From Azolla caroliniana (lineage: Eukaryota; Plantae; Polypodiophyta), in NCBI GenBank assembly GCA_043228905.1, contig JBHGNT010000030.1:273773-337772 (forward strand): a stretch of DNA of 64,000 bases, in the 5' to 3' direction. Both the position numbers and the translations under genes were made by a program. Of this stretch, positions 12,901-25,800 are shown one piece after another. How positions within the stretch are numbered: position 1 is the first letter of the stretch; each line of letters opens with the position of its first letter. Below the pieces are notes generated by a model. That model was not told the origin of the DNA, did no database searches, and saw only the letters and a list, made by a program, of their open reading frames with translations.

Positions 12901-14911
12901 GTTGAGTTTGATGAGATGGCATCATGGTATGCCTTACCAGCTCCGACTTCCGACCCCAACCCGATACAGGAGGATGAGGCTAGTGAGCCTGAACAGGTCC
13001 AGGTAGAAGATGAAGACTTCGGCACTCTAGAAGAGAGTCTGATCTCATTTCGATTAAGTGGACCGAATGAGCGGCTGAGTCAAGATGACCAGTCGGATGA
13101 CGAACCGGCGAGTAATGGAGACTCTACCGTGCTCTCCCCACGCAAGGAACCGAGAAGACGGTTCACGCGCAAAGAGAACGGGAAGAAGAAGATGCCGGAA
13201 TACGAAACCGGCAATGTTGAGTTGAATCGGGGCGAATCCGACTCCGGAAAGGATGAAGGCGGATCTTCGGCAACAAAGACCGCACCAGCCAAGAAGGGCC
13301 TCAAACCGGGTAACGATAAGTTACGCCGATCTTCCCATCAGAAGAACCCCATAAAGCGGTACGGGTATAATGAGTACATGGTGCATCACTATGCGTACAT
13401 GACCAAGGTGGCGGAAGTGCATGAGCCGGAGAGCTACGCAGAAGCGGCAAAGGACACCAATTGGCGTGCCGCTATGGAGGAAGAAGTGCGGGCACTTGAT
13501 GCCAACGACACATGGGACCTAATTGACCCTCCCCGTCACTGTAAACCGATCGGATGTAAGTGGGTGTACAAGGTAAAGTACAATGCCGACAATTTGGTTA
13601 ACCGGTACAAGGCCTAGTTAGTGGCAAAGGGATACGCGCAGACCCACGGAATCGACTACGACGAAACCTTCGCTCCGGTAGCAAAGATGACGATGGTTCG
13701 TGTGGTGCTGGCAGTTGCTGCGGCAAGGGGGTGGCATCTTCACCAAATGGACGTGAAGAATGCATTTTTTCAAGGCAATCTTGAAGAAGAGGCCTTTATG
13801 ACCCAAACCCCCCGATTTCCAGTCGAAGATGAACAAGTCGGCGGTATGCCAGCTGAATAAGTCACTTTATGGCTTGAAGCAAGCCCCCCAAGCTTGGAAT
13901 GCAAAGATCGCGCACCGGTTGCGTAAGATGGGGTTTGCGGTCTCCAAGTCCGACTCTTCGTTGTTCACCCGGCAAGGTCCGGACAGTCCGGTTTGCATTT
14001 TGTTGTATGTTGATGATCTAGTCATCACCGGACCCAAGCTCGATGAAATCAGTCGAGTCAAGTCCCAACTGTCAGATGCATTTGAGATGAAGGACATGGG
14101 GGACCTTCACTATTTCCTTGGGATCGAGGTGATCCGAACCCCCGACGGCATACTGCTCTCACAAAGACACTATGTGTTGAGTATGTTGTACAAGTTCGGC
14201 ATGACAGAATGTTGACCGATCTCCACACCCCTTGACCGGAACCAGAAGCTCTGTCTCGACTCCAGACCGGCCTGCGATGAGAAACGGTTTCGACAAATCG
14301 TCGGAAGCCTTATATATTTGATAATCACCCAACCCGACATCAGTTATCCGGTCGGTGTGATCAACCAATATATGCAGAAGCCGACCATGGAGCACCTTCA
14401 GTGCGTGCATCGAAATTTGCGATATGTGAGCATCACGAAGGAACGGGGATTGTTATACCGGCATGGTATAACCGAAGAGCTAGTCGGCTACACCTATGCC
14501 GACTAGGCCGGCGATGCATCGCATCGCCAATCCACCTCCGGCTATATGTTTTCCCTTGGTAGCGCGGTTGTTGCGTGGAGCAGCAAAAAGCAGCCAATAG
14601 TGGCCCTTTCAAGCACTGAGGCTGAATATCGGGGCGCTACCATTGCCACCTGTGAAGCCATTTGGCTTCCACGACTGCTGCACGACCTGCGAATCGAGGT
14701 GCCGACCCCGATCCTGATCTACTGTGACAACCTAAGCAGCATGCAGCTCGCCAAAAACCCTGTATTCCATGCTCGCACAAAGCATATAGAACTACACTAC
14801 CACTTCGTGCGTGAGCATGTCTTGAGCGGTGAAGTCGAACTTCGGTATGTTCATACGAATCAGCAAGTTGCCGACATCTTCACCAAACCACTCGGATCGG
14901 ACAAGTTGTAG
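9951..14911 (+). pseudogene. Copia W gag-pol with multiple stops and frameshifts and a solo-LTR insertion
   Basis: Gag KLDRNNYASW, protease WYIDSGASNHM, integrase LWHKRIGH/HSDVWGP/TPEQNGVAER, RT LLYVDDL, RNase H SSTEAEY/CDN/ADIFTKPL in copia domain order. Confidence 0.92.
11159..11831 (-). mobile_element. Solo LTR of the tRNA-Trp-primed family inserted in Copia W pol
   Basis: Terminal inverted repeats TGTCGTG...CACGACA; shared motif gttacgcgcgtg...ggaccacgggggtct; 4-bp TSD ACGT (11155-11158) / ACAT (11832-11835); excision restores GKLMNVLHIPTITKNLVS. Confidence 0.9.
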
Positions 14912-17439
14912 CACTTCACCGAAATGCTTGGTGTCAGCATCTCAACGTGCCACACTTGAGGGGGAGAACAGGCAAAGACACCGGAACAGGCAAAGGCAAA
15001 GAGACTGTCGGTTGCGCCGATAAGGGAAGAACCGACAAAGGGGGAGACAAGAAGAAGAAAGGAGCCGAGTCGACAAAGGAAGTTGACACATTCGAACAAG
15101 TCGGAACAGGCGGCAGCGACGGCAGAGTCAAGAAGGACAGAGTCGACCGGAAGAAGGAGGCCAAGACTCGGACATGGTCCGATGTGGTGAAGGGCTGGAA
15201 CCGGAAAACGAATCGAGAGCGACCGATTCGGACAAGAGCTGGAACGTATCGGAGACAACCGATTCAGTTCAACAAACAAATTCGGAAGAACCGGATCAAT
15301 TCAAGGCCAAGATGACGAGAAGGCAGCGAAAGTCGACGCCAACACGAAGGAATCGGCGAATCGGCAAGCACCGAAGTCACAACAATGAGGGAGCTGAATT
15401 GGGCCTGTTGAACAAACAAGCCGACCAAGGAGGTCGAGGTGCGCAGAAACAGAACGGTTGTGAAAAACGGGACCGGACCGGACGAGGAGCACGAGCGAGG
15501 CAGAGTGACGCCAGAAGGAGCCAAGTCGAAGGACCGGCTGCCATGAAGACTAACACTACGATCCGACCTCAAGTTGAGCTTGAGGGGGAGTGTTCAGCGG
15601 CAAGCTCAACCAAATCCGGATCGGCTAAATAAGCCTGAGTCAGATCGGCATCCGGAAGGATGAGCCGGATCGATGAGCCAGTGAGCACGTGAGCCGGTGA
15701 GTTGGGGAGCCGGTTAGCCGGATCCATCAGTAACCGGAAGCCTAGTAGCAGCCTAGACTACTAGGAAGTTAATGTCTCATAGTTAGTGTCAGACGCTTGT
15801 GTGAGCATTGAAGTACACCGTACTTCTGCCAGTCCAGATGGACTTGTATAAAAGTGTTCACTAAACACATACGATGTACAGAGTGTTACAGATTGAGTAT
15901 TATTTTTTAATAGAGTTTCTGTGTGCTCTCTCTCTCTCACTCTGTCTCTCCCGCGTACTGTGTATATCCTAAGCTCTCCATTAAACCTGCGTTTTTGTGT
16001 TCTGTTTTCTATTGTTTCCGCACAACGTATTCTTTTACAGTTATTAATGTCTATGCCGTTTGCAAGTAACCAACTCACCACAGTGCTATACCAAGAGCTA
16101 GTGTCTCTAGATGCATGTAGGGATCAAGATGCCTCAAAGGATGGACGGGATATCTTATCTTGTGGTTGGCTATGTATCTGATGAATAAAAACTACCACTT
16201 GAAACTGTGCTTCTACTAACATCGGGGGCAAACTGAACTCTGCCCTAATAATGTCATGTGGTACTGTCGATTTGCTTCGGAGTTGACGTGATAACATCGT
16301 CACCAAAGGTCTCTCTAATTGCCTCCACATGAAAGATGGTAGACTTGGAGCCCATACTACTTATGCATACATGAGGGAAGGGGTCACTAATGAGTCGAAG
16401 AGTCATCCCTTAGTACGTGGCTCTTGAAAGTATGCCTGGTGGCATTGTCTCTCTAAGAGTGAGAGGGATGCATACCCTCTCGTTAGCCTATCTTTGGTTG
16501 TCTGGGTCATCGAGAATTTACCTAAGCGAGCACTAAAAGTGACTCCCAAGTATACATATGATCCAACTACCTCAAGTAGTTTATGAGAGAGGATTAGGTG
16601 ACATTTACTCCTAACTCGGGACGATGTATGAAATATAAGGACTTTAGTTTTCGCTAGATTCACTACCAATCCTCGTTGTGTACAAAAGTCATCTAGGGCA
16701 TTAAGATGCTTTTGTAGGTCGTGTTCCGACTCCGAGAGCAAGACAATGTTGTCTGCGTAGAGTAAGAGACTAACTTGTGTATCCCCAATAGCGCCTCCCT
16801 TACAAGCAATAAAATCAATGATCTCATCAATGTAGATCCCAAAAAGAGTCGGTGATAGGGGGCAACCCTATTTTACCCCAATGGTGATAGTGAAACAATC
16901 GGATAGGCCACCTGGGCATCTTACGCACCCAGAGACTTGCTCATATAGGGCATAAATGGCCCAGATCGTGTCATTTGGTATCTCCAAGCTCTTAAGTCTA
17001 TCAAACAACTTCTCCCTAGGAACTGTGTCAAAGGCTTTGCAGAAGTCCACAAAACAACGATATAGTTTCTTCTTACGAGCCTTCATCTGGTCAATTAAGC
17101 ACCTAAGTGTGAAGATATGGTCAATAGTGGAGAAGGCTTGTCTAAAGCCAGCCTGCTCAAGTGCTCGAAGACTTAATGTTTCCATATAATCCCTGAGCTC
17201 CGCTTCCATTATCGCACCATATAGTTTAGCGAGCAAATGACCTATCATAATGGTCCTATATGTATTTGGGTCCATTGGGTCCCCTCCTTTATGTATAGGG
17301 GCCACTGTGTTCATGGTCCATTGTGGTGGAAAACCCTTGGCGAGTGCGCAGTTGAAGATTAGAGTGAGAAAGGGGGCTAAGCACTCTCGAGCATATATGA
17401 TGTGCTCGGCTCTCAATCCTGTGTGATCCATGGATTTCC

Positions 17440-17719
17440 TAAGAGAGAGCGTGAGAGTAGTAACTCAACAGCCGTCTGTCAGAGAAGAAGATTTCGAGGT
17501 CGTTGCCTCCGAGTATCTTATTGTACCTCTCCTCATCATTAGTGATCTAGTTCGGAGTTCGAGGACTCCCGTGGTTTTTCCCTTTTCGGGTTTTCCACGT
17601 TAAACTTTGTTTCAATGTTTTTCGTTTTCTGCCCCTCGTTTTGTCTGTGTATCTATCTCACTCGTTTCTTTGCACCCAAACGTAAACTTCTAACCGGTTG
17701 TGGCCGGTCGATTCTAACA
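17440..17719 (+). repeat. Truncated Copia LTR 3' fragment (R/U5-like)
   Basis: Motifs gaggtcgttgcctc, gaggactcccgtggttttt, ttttccacgt and ggttgtggc...aaca shared with the Copia X/Y LTRs. Confidence 0.65.
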
Positions 17720-20700
17720 GTATGATGCAAGTAGGGTTCCCCTTTGTATTTTCCCTCTTCCCATAGTGAACAGTTTGTAGTTCTATGAACTCCCATGGTT
17801 TTCCCCTATTAGGATTTCCATGTTAAAATTCCTTGTCTTTGTATTTGTGTTCTGTTTTTTGTCGGTTTAAATCTTTGCAACTCTCATACGTGAGTCTAGA
17901 ACCGGTTGTGGCCAGCTTCAATCTTAACAAACTGGTATCAGACTGATGGAAGACTCATTTGGCAGCATGTTCAAACTTACCAACTCCAACTATTCTATGT
18001 GGAAGTCGAAGACAAGGGATATGTTGGTATGCAAAGATCGTTGGTTGCCGGTACAATATGGGAATACCAAGCCCGACAAGATCGATGCATCGACTTGGGA
18101 AATCATGCATCTAAAGGCCGCAACATATATAAGGTGTTTTATAGACATGAGTCTATACAACAACTTTGATGATGAGAACAAGGCGATGTCCTCTAGGAGA
18201 AGATCGACATTATGTTTGAGAACAAAAATGTTGTTAATAGAGTCTCAGTGTTTCGGAAAACAGTAAGACTCTAGTATCAAGATGGCTCCAGCATGGCGGC
18301 GCATCTGAATGTCTTCCAAGGGCTCATCAACCAAACCACCTCTCTAGAAGTACCTCTAGTTGGCGAGATACTAGCACTACTACTGTTGGGATCCCTTCTA
18401 GAAAGTTCGGAGACACTTGTTGTCACACTGTGACTTGTCGGACCAGAAGAAAAGCATTTATTAACGGGAACTACAACGCTCCTTATGCACAACACTCAGC
18501 CACAACCGAGCTTAGAACCATACACAGAAAATGGGAAATAAAGAGTGCACGACACGAAGAAGAGAAGAGTACACAGGGTGTTTACGTGGAAAACCCAAAC
18601 AAAGGAAAAAAAACCACGGCAACCCACAGGCTGCAAACTATCACTATGTTAGAATGTACAACAATGAGTTCACGAAGGCAACGACCTCGTGCTCACGATC
18701 TTTGCCACAAGCGGCGGTTACAACTGAGGCAACGACCTCTTCCTTTCTCTCACTCTCTCTGTACACAGTTACGCGCTCTAATCTCGCGCAGACAAGAATA
18801 ACAACGACCTCATCAAAAGGTTTTCCCTAAGTCATATTTATACTAATATGACTTTTCGGCTATTTACAAATACAGCCATGATGGACTCTCAGAAAACATA
18901 TTTACAAATATGTCTCTTCATCCGGTGAGCACTCCTCACCGGGTCTGCACCATCCAGCTCTCCGTAGCCGGGTACTCCTCATCCGGTACTCACCGGGTCT
19001 GCACCATCCGGCTCTCCGTAGTCGGGTACTCCTCATCCGGTTCTCACCGGGTCTACACCATCTGGCTCTCCGTAGCCGGGTACTCCTCATCCGGTTCTCA
19101 CCAGGTTTGCACCATCCGGCTCTCCGTAGCCGGGTACTCGTCATACGGTTTCGGCCTCGGCCGAGTATGTTCATCAGCATTGTTCTTCTCTCTTCCCATC
19201 CGGAGGGACCTGTCTCCCAACAAACTCCCCCTTCACTCCGGCATGGGGTGTCTTACTAGTCCGATCCTCTTCCGGCATGCATCCAGCTTGTCGGGTATCA
19301 ACACTTTGGTCAGCATATCTGACCCGTTCTCGGCCGTGTGGATCTTCGTCAGCGCGACCTCCTGGTCATCTACTCTTTCCCGGATCCAGTGATACCTTCG
19401 TTGGATATGCTTCGTCCGGGAATGGTAGGCTGCATTCTTAGCAAGGTGGATGGCACTTTGACTGTCGCAATAGAGCCGGTATTCATTTTGCCGGATACTG
19501 AGCTCTCCGATGAAGTCCTTCATCCATAATATTTCCTTGTCGGCTTCCACAACCGCCATGTACTCCGCCTCTGTGGTTGACAAAGCAACCGTCTTCTGCA
19601 GCCTCGACTGCCACGAAACAGCTCCCCCTGCATATGTCATTACATATCCGGATGTAGACTGGCTGGTATCCACATCAGCCGACATGTCCGAATCGGTGAA
19701 ACCGTCAAGTTGAGGTTTTCCGGAGCCGAATCAGAGACACATATTTGAAGTGCCCTTCAAATACCGGAGTATCCATTTGACCGCGTTCCAGTGCTCCTTG
19801 CCGGGATTGCTCATAAACCGGCTCACCACTCCGACTGCGTAGCCTATATCTGGTCGAGTACACACCATTGCGTACATCAAGCTCCCTACAGCAGAGGCAT
19901 ATGGAATCTTCATCATATCCGCCTTCTCTACTTTCGTCTTCGGGCTTTGCTTACCGGATAGCCTGCAGTTTGCCGGAAGTGTCGATCCGACCGGTTTTGC
20001 ATCTGACATGTTGAACCGGTGAAGCACCTTTGTCACGTACTTCTCCTGTGACAGCCATAATTGCTTCACTGACCGGTTCCGGATAATATGCATCCCCAAC
20101 ATCTGTCTTGCCGAACCCAAGTCTTTCATTGAGAAGGTCCGGTTGAGAGCCTTCTTCAGCATTTGTATTTTGACTTGGTCTCGTCCGACGATCAATATGT
20201 CATCCACTTACAGAAGGAGTATCAGGAAGTCGCCTCCTTCGAACTTCTTCACAAACACGCAATGATCGGCCTGCGTCTTGTGGTACCCTTGATCGGCCAT
20301 GAAGGAATCGAACTTCCGGTAGCATTGCCGGGGGGCCTGTTTCAACCCGTAGAGGCTCTTCTTCAACCGGCAAACCAGGTGCTCCTTCCCTTTCTCCACG
20401 AATCCTTCCGGTTGCTGCATGTAGATCTCCTCTTCGAGGTCGCCGTGAAGGAATGTCGTCTTCACGTCTAGCTGCTCTACCTCGAGGTCCATGCTTGCCG
20501 CTATACTCAGTACCGTCCGGATGGAGGTCATCTTTACTACCGGGGCAAATATCTCGTCAAAGTCCACGCCCTTCTTCTGTTGGATCCCCTTGACCACGAT
20601 CCTGGCTTTGTATCTCGGGGGGTTGCCGGCATCTCCCGGTTTCAACTTGTACACCCACTTGTTTCGGAGTGCCCGCTTTCCTTTCGGCAACTCCACCAAT

Positions 20701-22833
20701 TCGTACGTATGGTTCTCATGCAGGGAATCCATCTCATCTTGCATGGCACTTAACCATTTGCGGTTGTGGGTGTCATCCTTCGCTTCTTCGAAGCTTTCCA
20801 GCTCCCCCTCATCGGTCAACAGAACATGCTCTGCATCCGGAAATCTCCGGGGTGCCCTTCTCTCTCTGAGAGGATATCTCTGTCTTCGGGCTTCGGTAAC
20901 CGGCTCCTCCATTTGCTCTTCATCCGAATCTGATTCGGGGTCTAGGCCGGTTCCGGTTTCAGCTTCCTCTACTTCTTCTTCTGCCGGTTCGGTATCCTCA
21001 CCGTAACCGGCTGGTTCCTCAAGTGCTAACCGGTCTCTTGCCGGTTGGGTCTGCACATCGTAGAATCGATCATTACCGGTCGACTCGGAGTTCATTATCT
21101 TCTTCTCCGACTCCCAGTCGGCGAGCGTCTTGTTCTCCATGAAGATAATATCTCGACTCCAGAATACCTTCTTGTCGACCAAGTTCCACACTCGGTAGCC
21201 AAACTCATCGTCACCGTAACCGAGGAATATGCATGGCCGGGTCTTTGGATCCAACTTTCCTCTCCGGTCCTTAGCTACATGCACGTACGCGAGACACCCG
21301 AATACCTTCAGATGCCGGTAGGACACTTCCTTACCGGTTCAGACTCTCTGTGGCATGTCTCCGTCCAAGGGTACTGAGGGTGATCTGTTTATCATATATG
21401 TCGCCGTCGACAGTGCCTCAGCCCAAAACTTCTTGGGTAGTTTTGCATGCGCCAGCATACTCCGGACCCTCTCCATTATGGTCTGGTTCATCCTCTCGGC
21501 CAGCCCGTTTAGTTCTGGCGTCTTCGGCACAGTAAATTCGAGCCGGATTCCCTTTGAGCAACAGTACTCCTCGAACTGCCCCCGATATTCACCTCCGTTA
21601 TCAGCTCAAACCGCCTTCAGCTTCCGGCCGGTTTCTCTTTCCACTCTCGCGTGGAGCTCTTTGAAGACAGATAACACCTGATCCTTCATCTTCAACAGTG
21701 TGGCCCACAGCTTCCGGTTGTGGTCATCTATGAACGTCACGAAGTACTGCGATCCTGCATGTGACTTCGTGTCCACTTGACACACATCAGTATGCACCAA
21801 CTCCAGTGGTGCATTACGTCTCATCGGTGGCCTTGGTCGGAAGGAGGTCCGGTTTTGTTTACCGGCCAGACAGTCAGTACACTTCTCCAAGTGCACGTTC
21901 TTCACTGGAATGAGGTTGTCGTCTGCAAGCCTCTTCATCCCCTTCTCGCTCATGTGACACAGCCTTTTGTGCCACAACTCACCGATAGTGTCAAATGCCA
22001 CGTTCACTTCCTTCGGACATAACCGGGCATTCATCACGTACAACGTGTTTACCTTCCAGGCCAGAGCCACAATCAGGCTCCCTTTGTTGAACTTCATAAC
22101 ACCGTTCCGGATGCTACCCGTGTAGCCTTCATCATCTAGCCGACCGGTTGATATCAGGTTCAGACGAACCTCTGGAACGTGTCGAACATCCTTCATCAGC
22201 ATCTTGCATCCAGTTGGTGTTGACAGCCATACTTCTCCTATGCCGACAATTCGGCATGTACCTTCATTCCCCATCCGGACACAGCCGTGATCAACGACTG
22301 AGTAGGATGAGAAGCATTTCTGGTCCGGGGTAAGGTGGAACGACGCTCCGGAGTCGACCACCCAGGTCATCTCGTCGCCGGCAAGGTTTATCTCACTCTC
22401 CTCGGTGATGAGCATCAACTCTTCTTCACTTGCCGCGATTGTCGTCGTCCCCTTCCGGTCCGTTCCCCTCCGGTCTTTACCGTTCCGGTCCGGTATCCGC
22501 TTCGAATCGGTACCGTCGGTTTCCTTGTCCTTTCGGAAATGCCGACAGTTCTTCTGGAAGTGTCCTAGCTTGCCACAATAGAAGCAAGTAGGTCTCCCCC
22601 TTGACTTTGACCGTGTCCCCGACTTTTCCTGGTTCTGGGGACTACGGTTTCTTTGTCTTCCGCATTCCAATTCGGTAAGTAGCGCTTTGGAGTCGGAGCT
22701 CGTATCTTTATCTTTCCGACGCGCCTCCTCGTCTAGCAAGCTCGACTTTCCTCTTGCTAGGGATAATCGTTTCCCTTCCGGCCCGGCGTTGCCCAAGGTG
22801 ACAACCAACGTCTCCCAGCTATCTGGGAGGGAA

Positions 22834-22855
22834 GGGTTTAGGGTTTAGGGTTTAG
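22834..22855 (+). repeat. Interstitial telomeric filler GGGTTTAGGGTTTAGGGTTTAG
   Basis: Plant-type TTTAGGG x3 replaces CCGAGC found at the homologous gag position of sister copy X2 (about 24149-24154, opposite strand). Confidence 0.85.
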
Positions 22856-25800
22856 AGGAGTAGTGTTGGGAGACAGGTCCCTCCGGATGGGAAGGGAGAA
22901 GAACAGTGCCGATGAACAAACTCGGCCGAGGCCGATAGGCCGAGGTGAAGACCGGATAAGAAGTACCCGCCTACGGAGAGCCGGATGATACAGACCCGGT
23001 GAAGACCGGATGAGGAGTACCCGGCTACGGAGAGCCGGATGATACAGACCCGGTGAAGACCGGATGAGGAGTATCGGCTACGGAGAGCCGGATGATACAG
23101 ACCCAGTGAAGACCGGATGAGGAGTACCCGACTACGGAGAGCCAGATGATACAGACCCGGTGAAGACCGGATGAGGAGTACCCGGCTACGGAGAGCCGGA
23201 TGGTGCAGACCTAGTATGAACCGGATCAAGAGACATATTCGTAAATATGTTTTCTGAGAGTTCATCGAGGCTATATTTGTAAATAGCCGAAAAGTCCTCT
23301 TAGTATAAATATGACTTAGGGCAAACTTTTAGTGGTGGTTGTCATTTTTTGTTTTGCACGAGATTAGTGTGTGTAACTATACAGAGAGAGAGAGAGAGAG
23401 AGAAAGAGGTCGTTGCCTCTGTTGTAACCGCCGCCTATGGCAAAGATCTGTGAGCACGAGGTCGTTGCCTCAGTGAACTCACTGTTGTACATTCTAACAT
23501 AGTGACAGTTTGCAGCCTGTGGGCTGCCGTGGTTTTTCCCCTAGTTTGGGGTTTTCCACGTAAACCTCCTGTGTATCTTCCTCCTCTTTGTGTCGTGTTT
23601 TATTTCCCATTTTTCTGTGTATCATTCTAAGCTCGGTTGTGGCTGAGCGTTGTGCATAAGGAACATTGGGTTCCCGTCAAGTGGTATCAGAGCAAAACGA
23701 CACAGAAAATGGACAAATCGTTTGGCGGCATGTTCAAGCTCACCGGCTCCAACTATTCAATGTGGAAGTCGAAGATGAGAGACATGCTCATGGTTAAAGA
23801 TCTTTGGCTACCGGTTCAGTTCAGGGACAAGAGACCGGACAAGATCGACGCCACAATATGGGAGGTGATGCACATGAAGACAACGGCGTACATACGGTGC
23901 TTCATCGACATGAGCCTATACAACAACTTCAATGAAGAGAGCAAGGCTCATGAGCTCTGAGAGAAGATCGGCATAATGTTTCAAAACAAAAATGTTGTCA
24001 ATCAGGTGTCGGTATTCCGGAAGCTAGTAAGACTCCGGTACCAAGATGGCTCCAGCATGGTGGAGCACATGAATGCCTTCCAGGGGCTGATCCACCAGGC
24101 AACTTCATTGGAAGTACCTCTCGCCGATGAGGTACTAGCGCTACTCCTGCTCGGTTCCCTCCCGGATAGCTGGGAGACGTTGGTTGTCACTTTGGGCAAC
24201 GCCGGGCCGGAAGGAAAGCGGTTATCCCTAGCAAGAGTAAAGTCGAGCTTGTTAGATGAGGAGGCGCGTCAGAAAGATAAGGATACGAGCTCCGACTCCA
24301 AAGCGCTCATTACCGAATCGGAACGTGGAAGACATAGAAACCGTAGTCCCCAGAACCGGGAGAAGTCGGGGACACGGTCAAAGTCAAAGGGGAGGCCTAC
24401 TTGCTTCTATTGCGGCAAGTCGGGACACTTCCAGAAGAATTGTCGGCACTTCCGTAAAGACAAGGAAACCGACGGTGCCGATTCGAAGCGGACCCCGGAC
24501 CGGAACGGAAAAGACCAGAGGGGGCCGGACCGGAAGGGAACGACGGCAATCGCGGCAAGTGAAGAAGAGTTGATGCTCATCACCGAGGAGAGTGAGATAA
24601 ACCTTGCCAGCGACGAGATGACCTAGGTGGTAGACTCCGGAGCGTCGTTCCACCTTACCCCGGACCGGAAATGCTTCCCATCCTACTCAGCCGGTGACCA
24701 CGGCTGTGTCCGGATGGGGAATGAAGGTACGTGCCAAATTGTCGGCATAGGAGACGTGTGGCTGTCAACACCAACCAAATGCAAGTTGCTGTTGAAGGAT
24801 GTCTGACACGTTCCAGAGGTTCGTCTGAACCTGATAACAGCCGGTCGGCTAGATGATGAAGGCTACACGAGTAGCATTCAAAACGGGGTCATGAAGTTCA
24901 GCAAAGGGAGCCTGATTGTGGCTCGGGCCTGGAATGTCAACACGTTGTACCTGATGAATGCCCGGTTATGTCCGGAAGAAGTGAACGTGGCATCCGACAC
25001 TGCCGGTGAGCTGTGGCACAAGAGGTTGTGTCATATGAGCGAGAAGGGGATGAAGAGGCTTGTAGACGACAACCTCATTCCAGTGAAGAACGTGCACTTA
25101 CAGAAGTGCACTGATTGTCTGGCCGGTAAGCAGAACCGGACCTCCTTCCGACCAAGGCCACCGATGAGACGTAATGCACCACTGGAGTTGGTGCATACGG
25201 ATGTGTGTCAAGTAGACACGAAGTCACATGCCGAAGCGCAGTACTTCGTGACATTCATAGATGACCACAGCCGGAAGTTGTGGGCCACACCGTTGATGTC
25301 GAAGGATCATGTGTTATCCATCTTCAAAGAGCTCCACGCGAGAGTGGAAAGAGAAACCGGCCGGAAGCTGAAGGCGGTTCAAGCAGATAACGGAGGAGAG
25401 TACCGGGGGCAGTTCGAGGAGTACTGCTGCTCGAAGGGAATCCGGCTCGAATTTACCATGCCGAAGACGCCGAAACTAAACGGACTGGCCGAGAGGATGA
25501 ACCGGACCATAATGGAGAGGGTCCGGAGTATGCTAGCGCATGCAAAACTACCCAAGAAGTTTTGGGTTGAGGCATTGTCGACAGCGACATACGTGATAAA
25601 CAGATCACCCTCAATACCCTTGGACGGAGACACGCCACAGAGAGTGTGGACCGGTAAGGAAGTGTCCTACGAGCATTTGAAGGTGTTCAGGTGTCTCGCG
25701 TACATGCATGTAGCAAAGGACCGGAGAGGAAAGTTAGATCCAAAGACCCGGCCATGCATATTCCTTGGTTACGGTGACGATGAGTTCGGCTACCGAGTGT

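Noticed and set aside
22950-23215. CRISPR-like array
   Set aside because: Contiguous 54-bp tandem units without unique spacers, inside eukaryotic LTRs; no cas genes.
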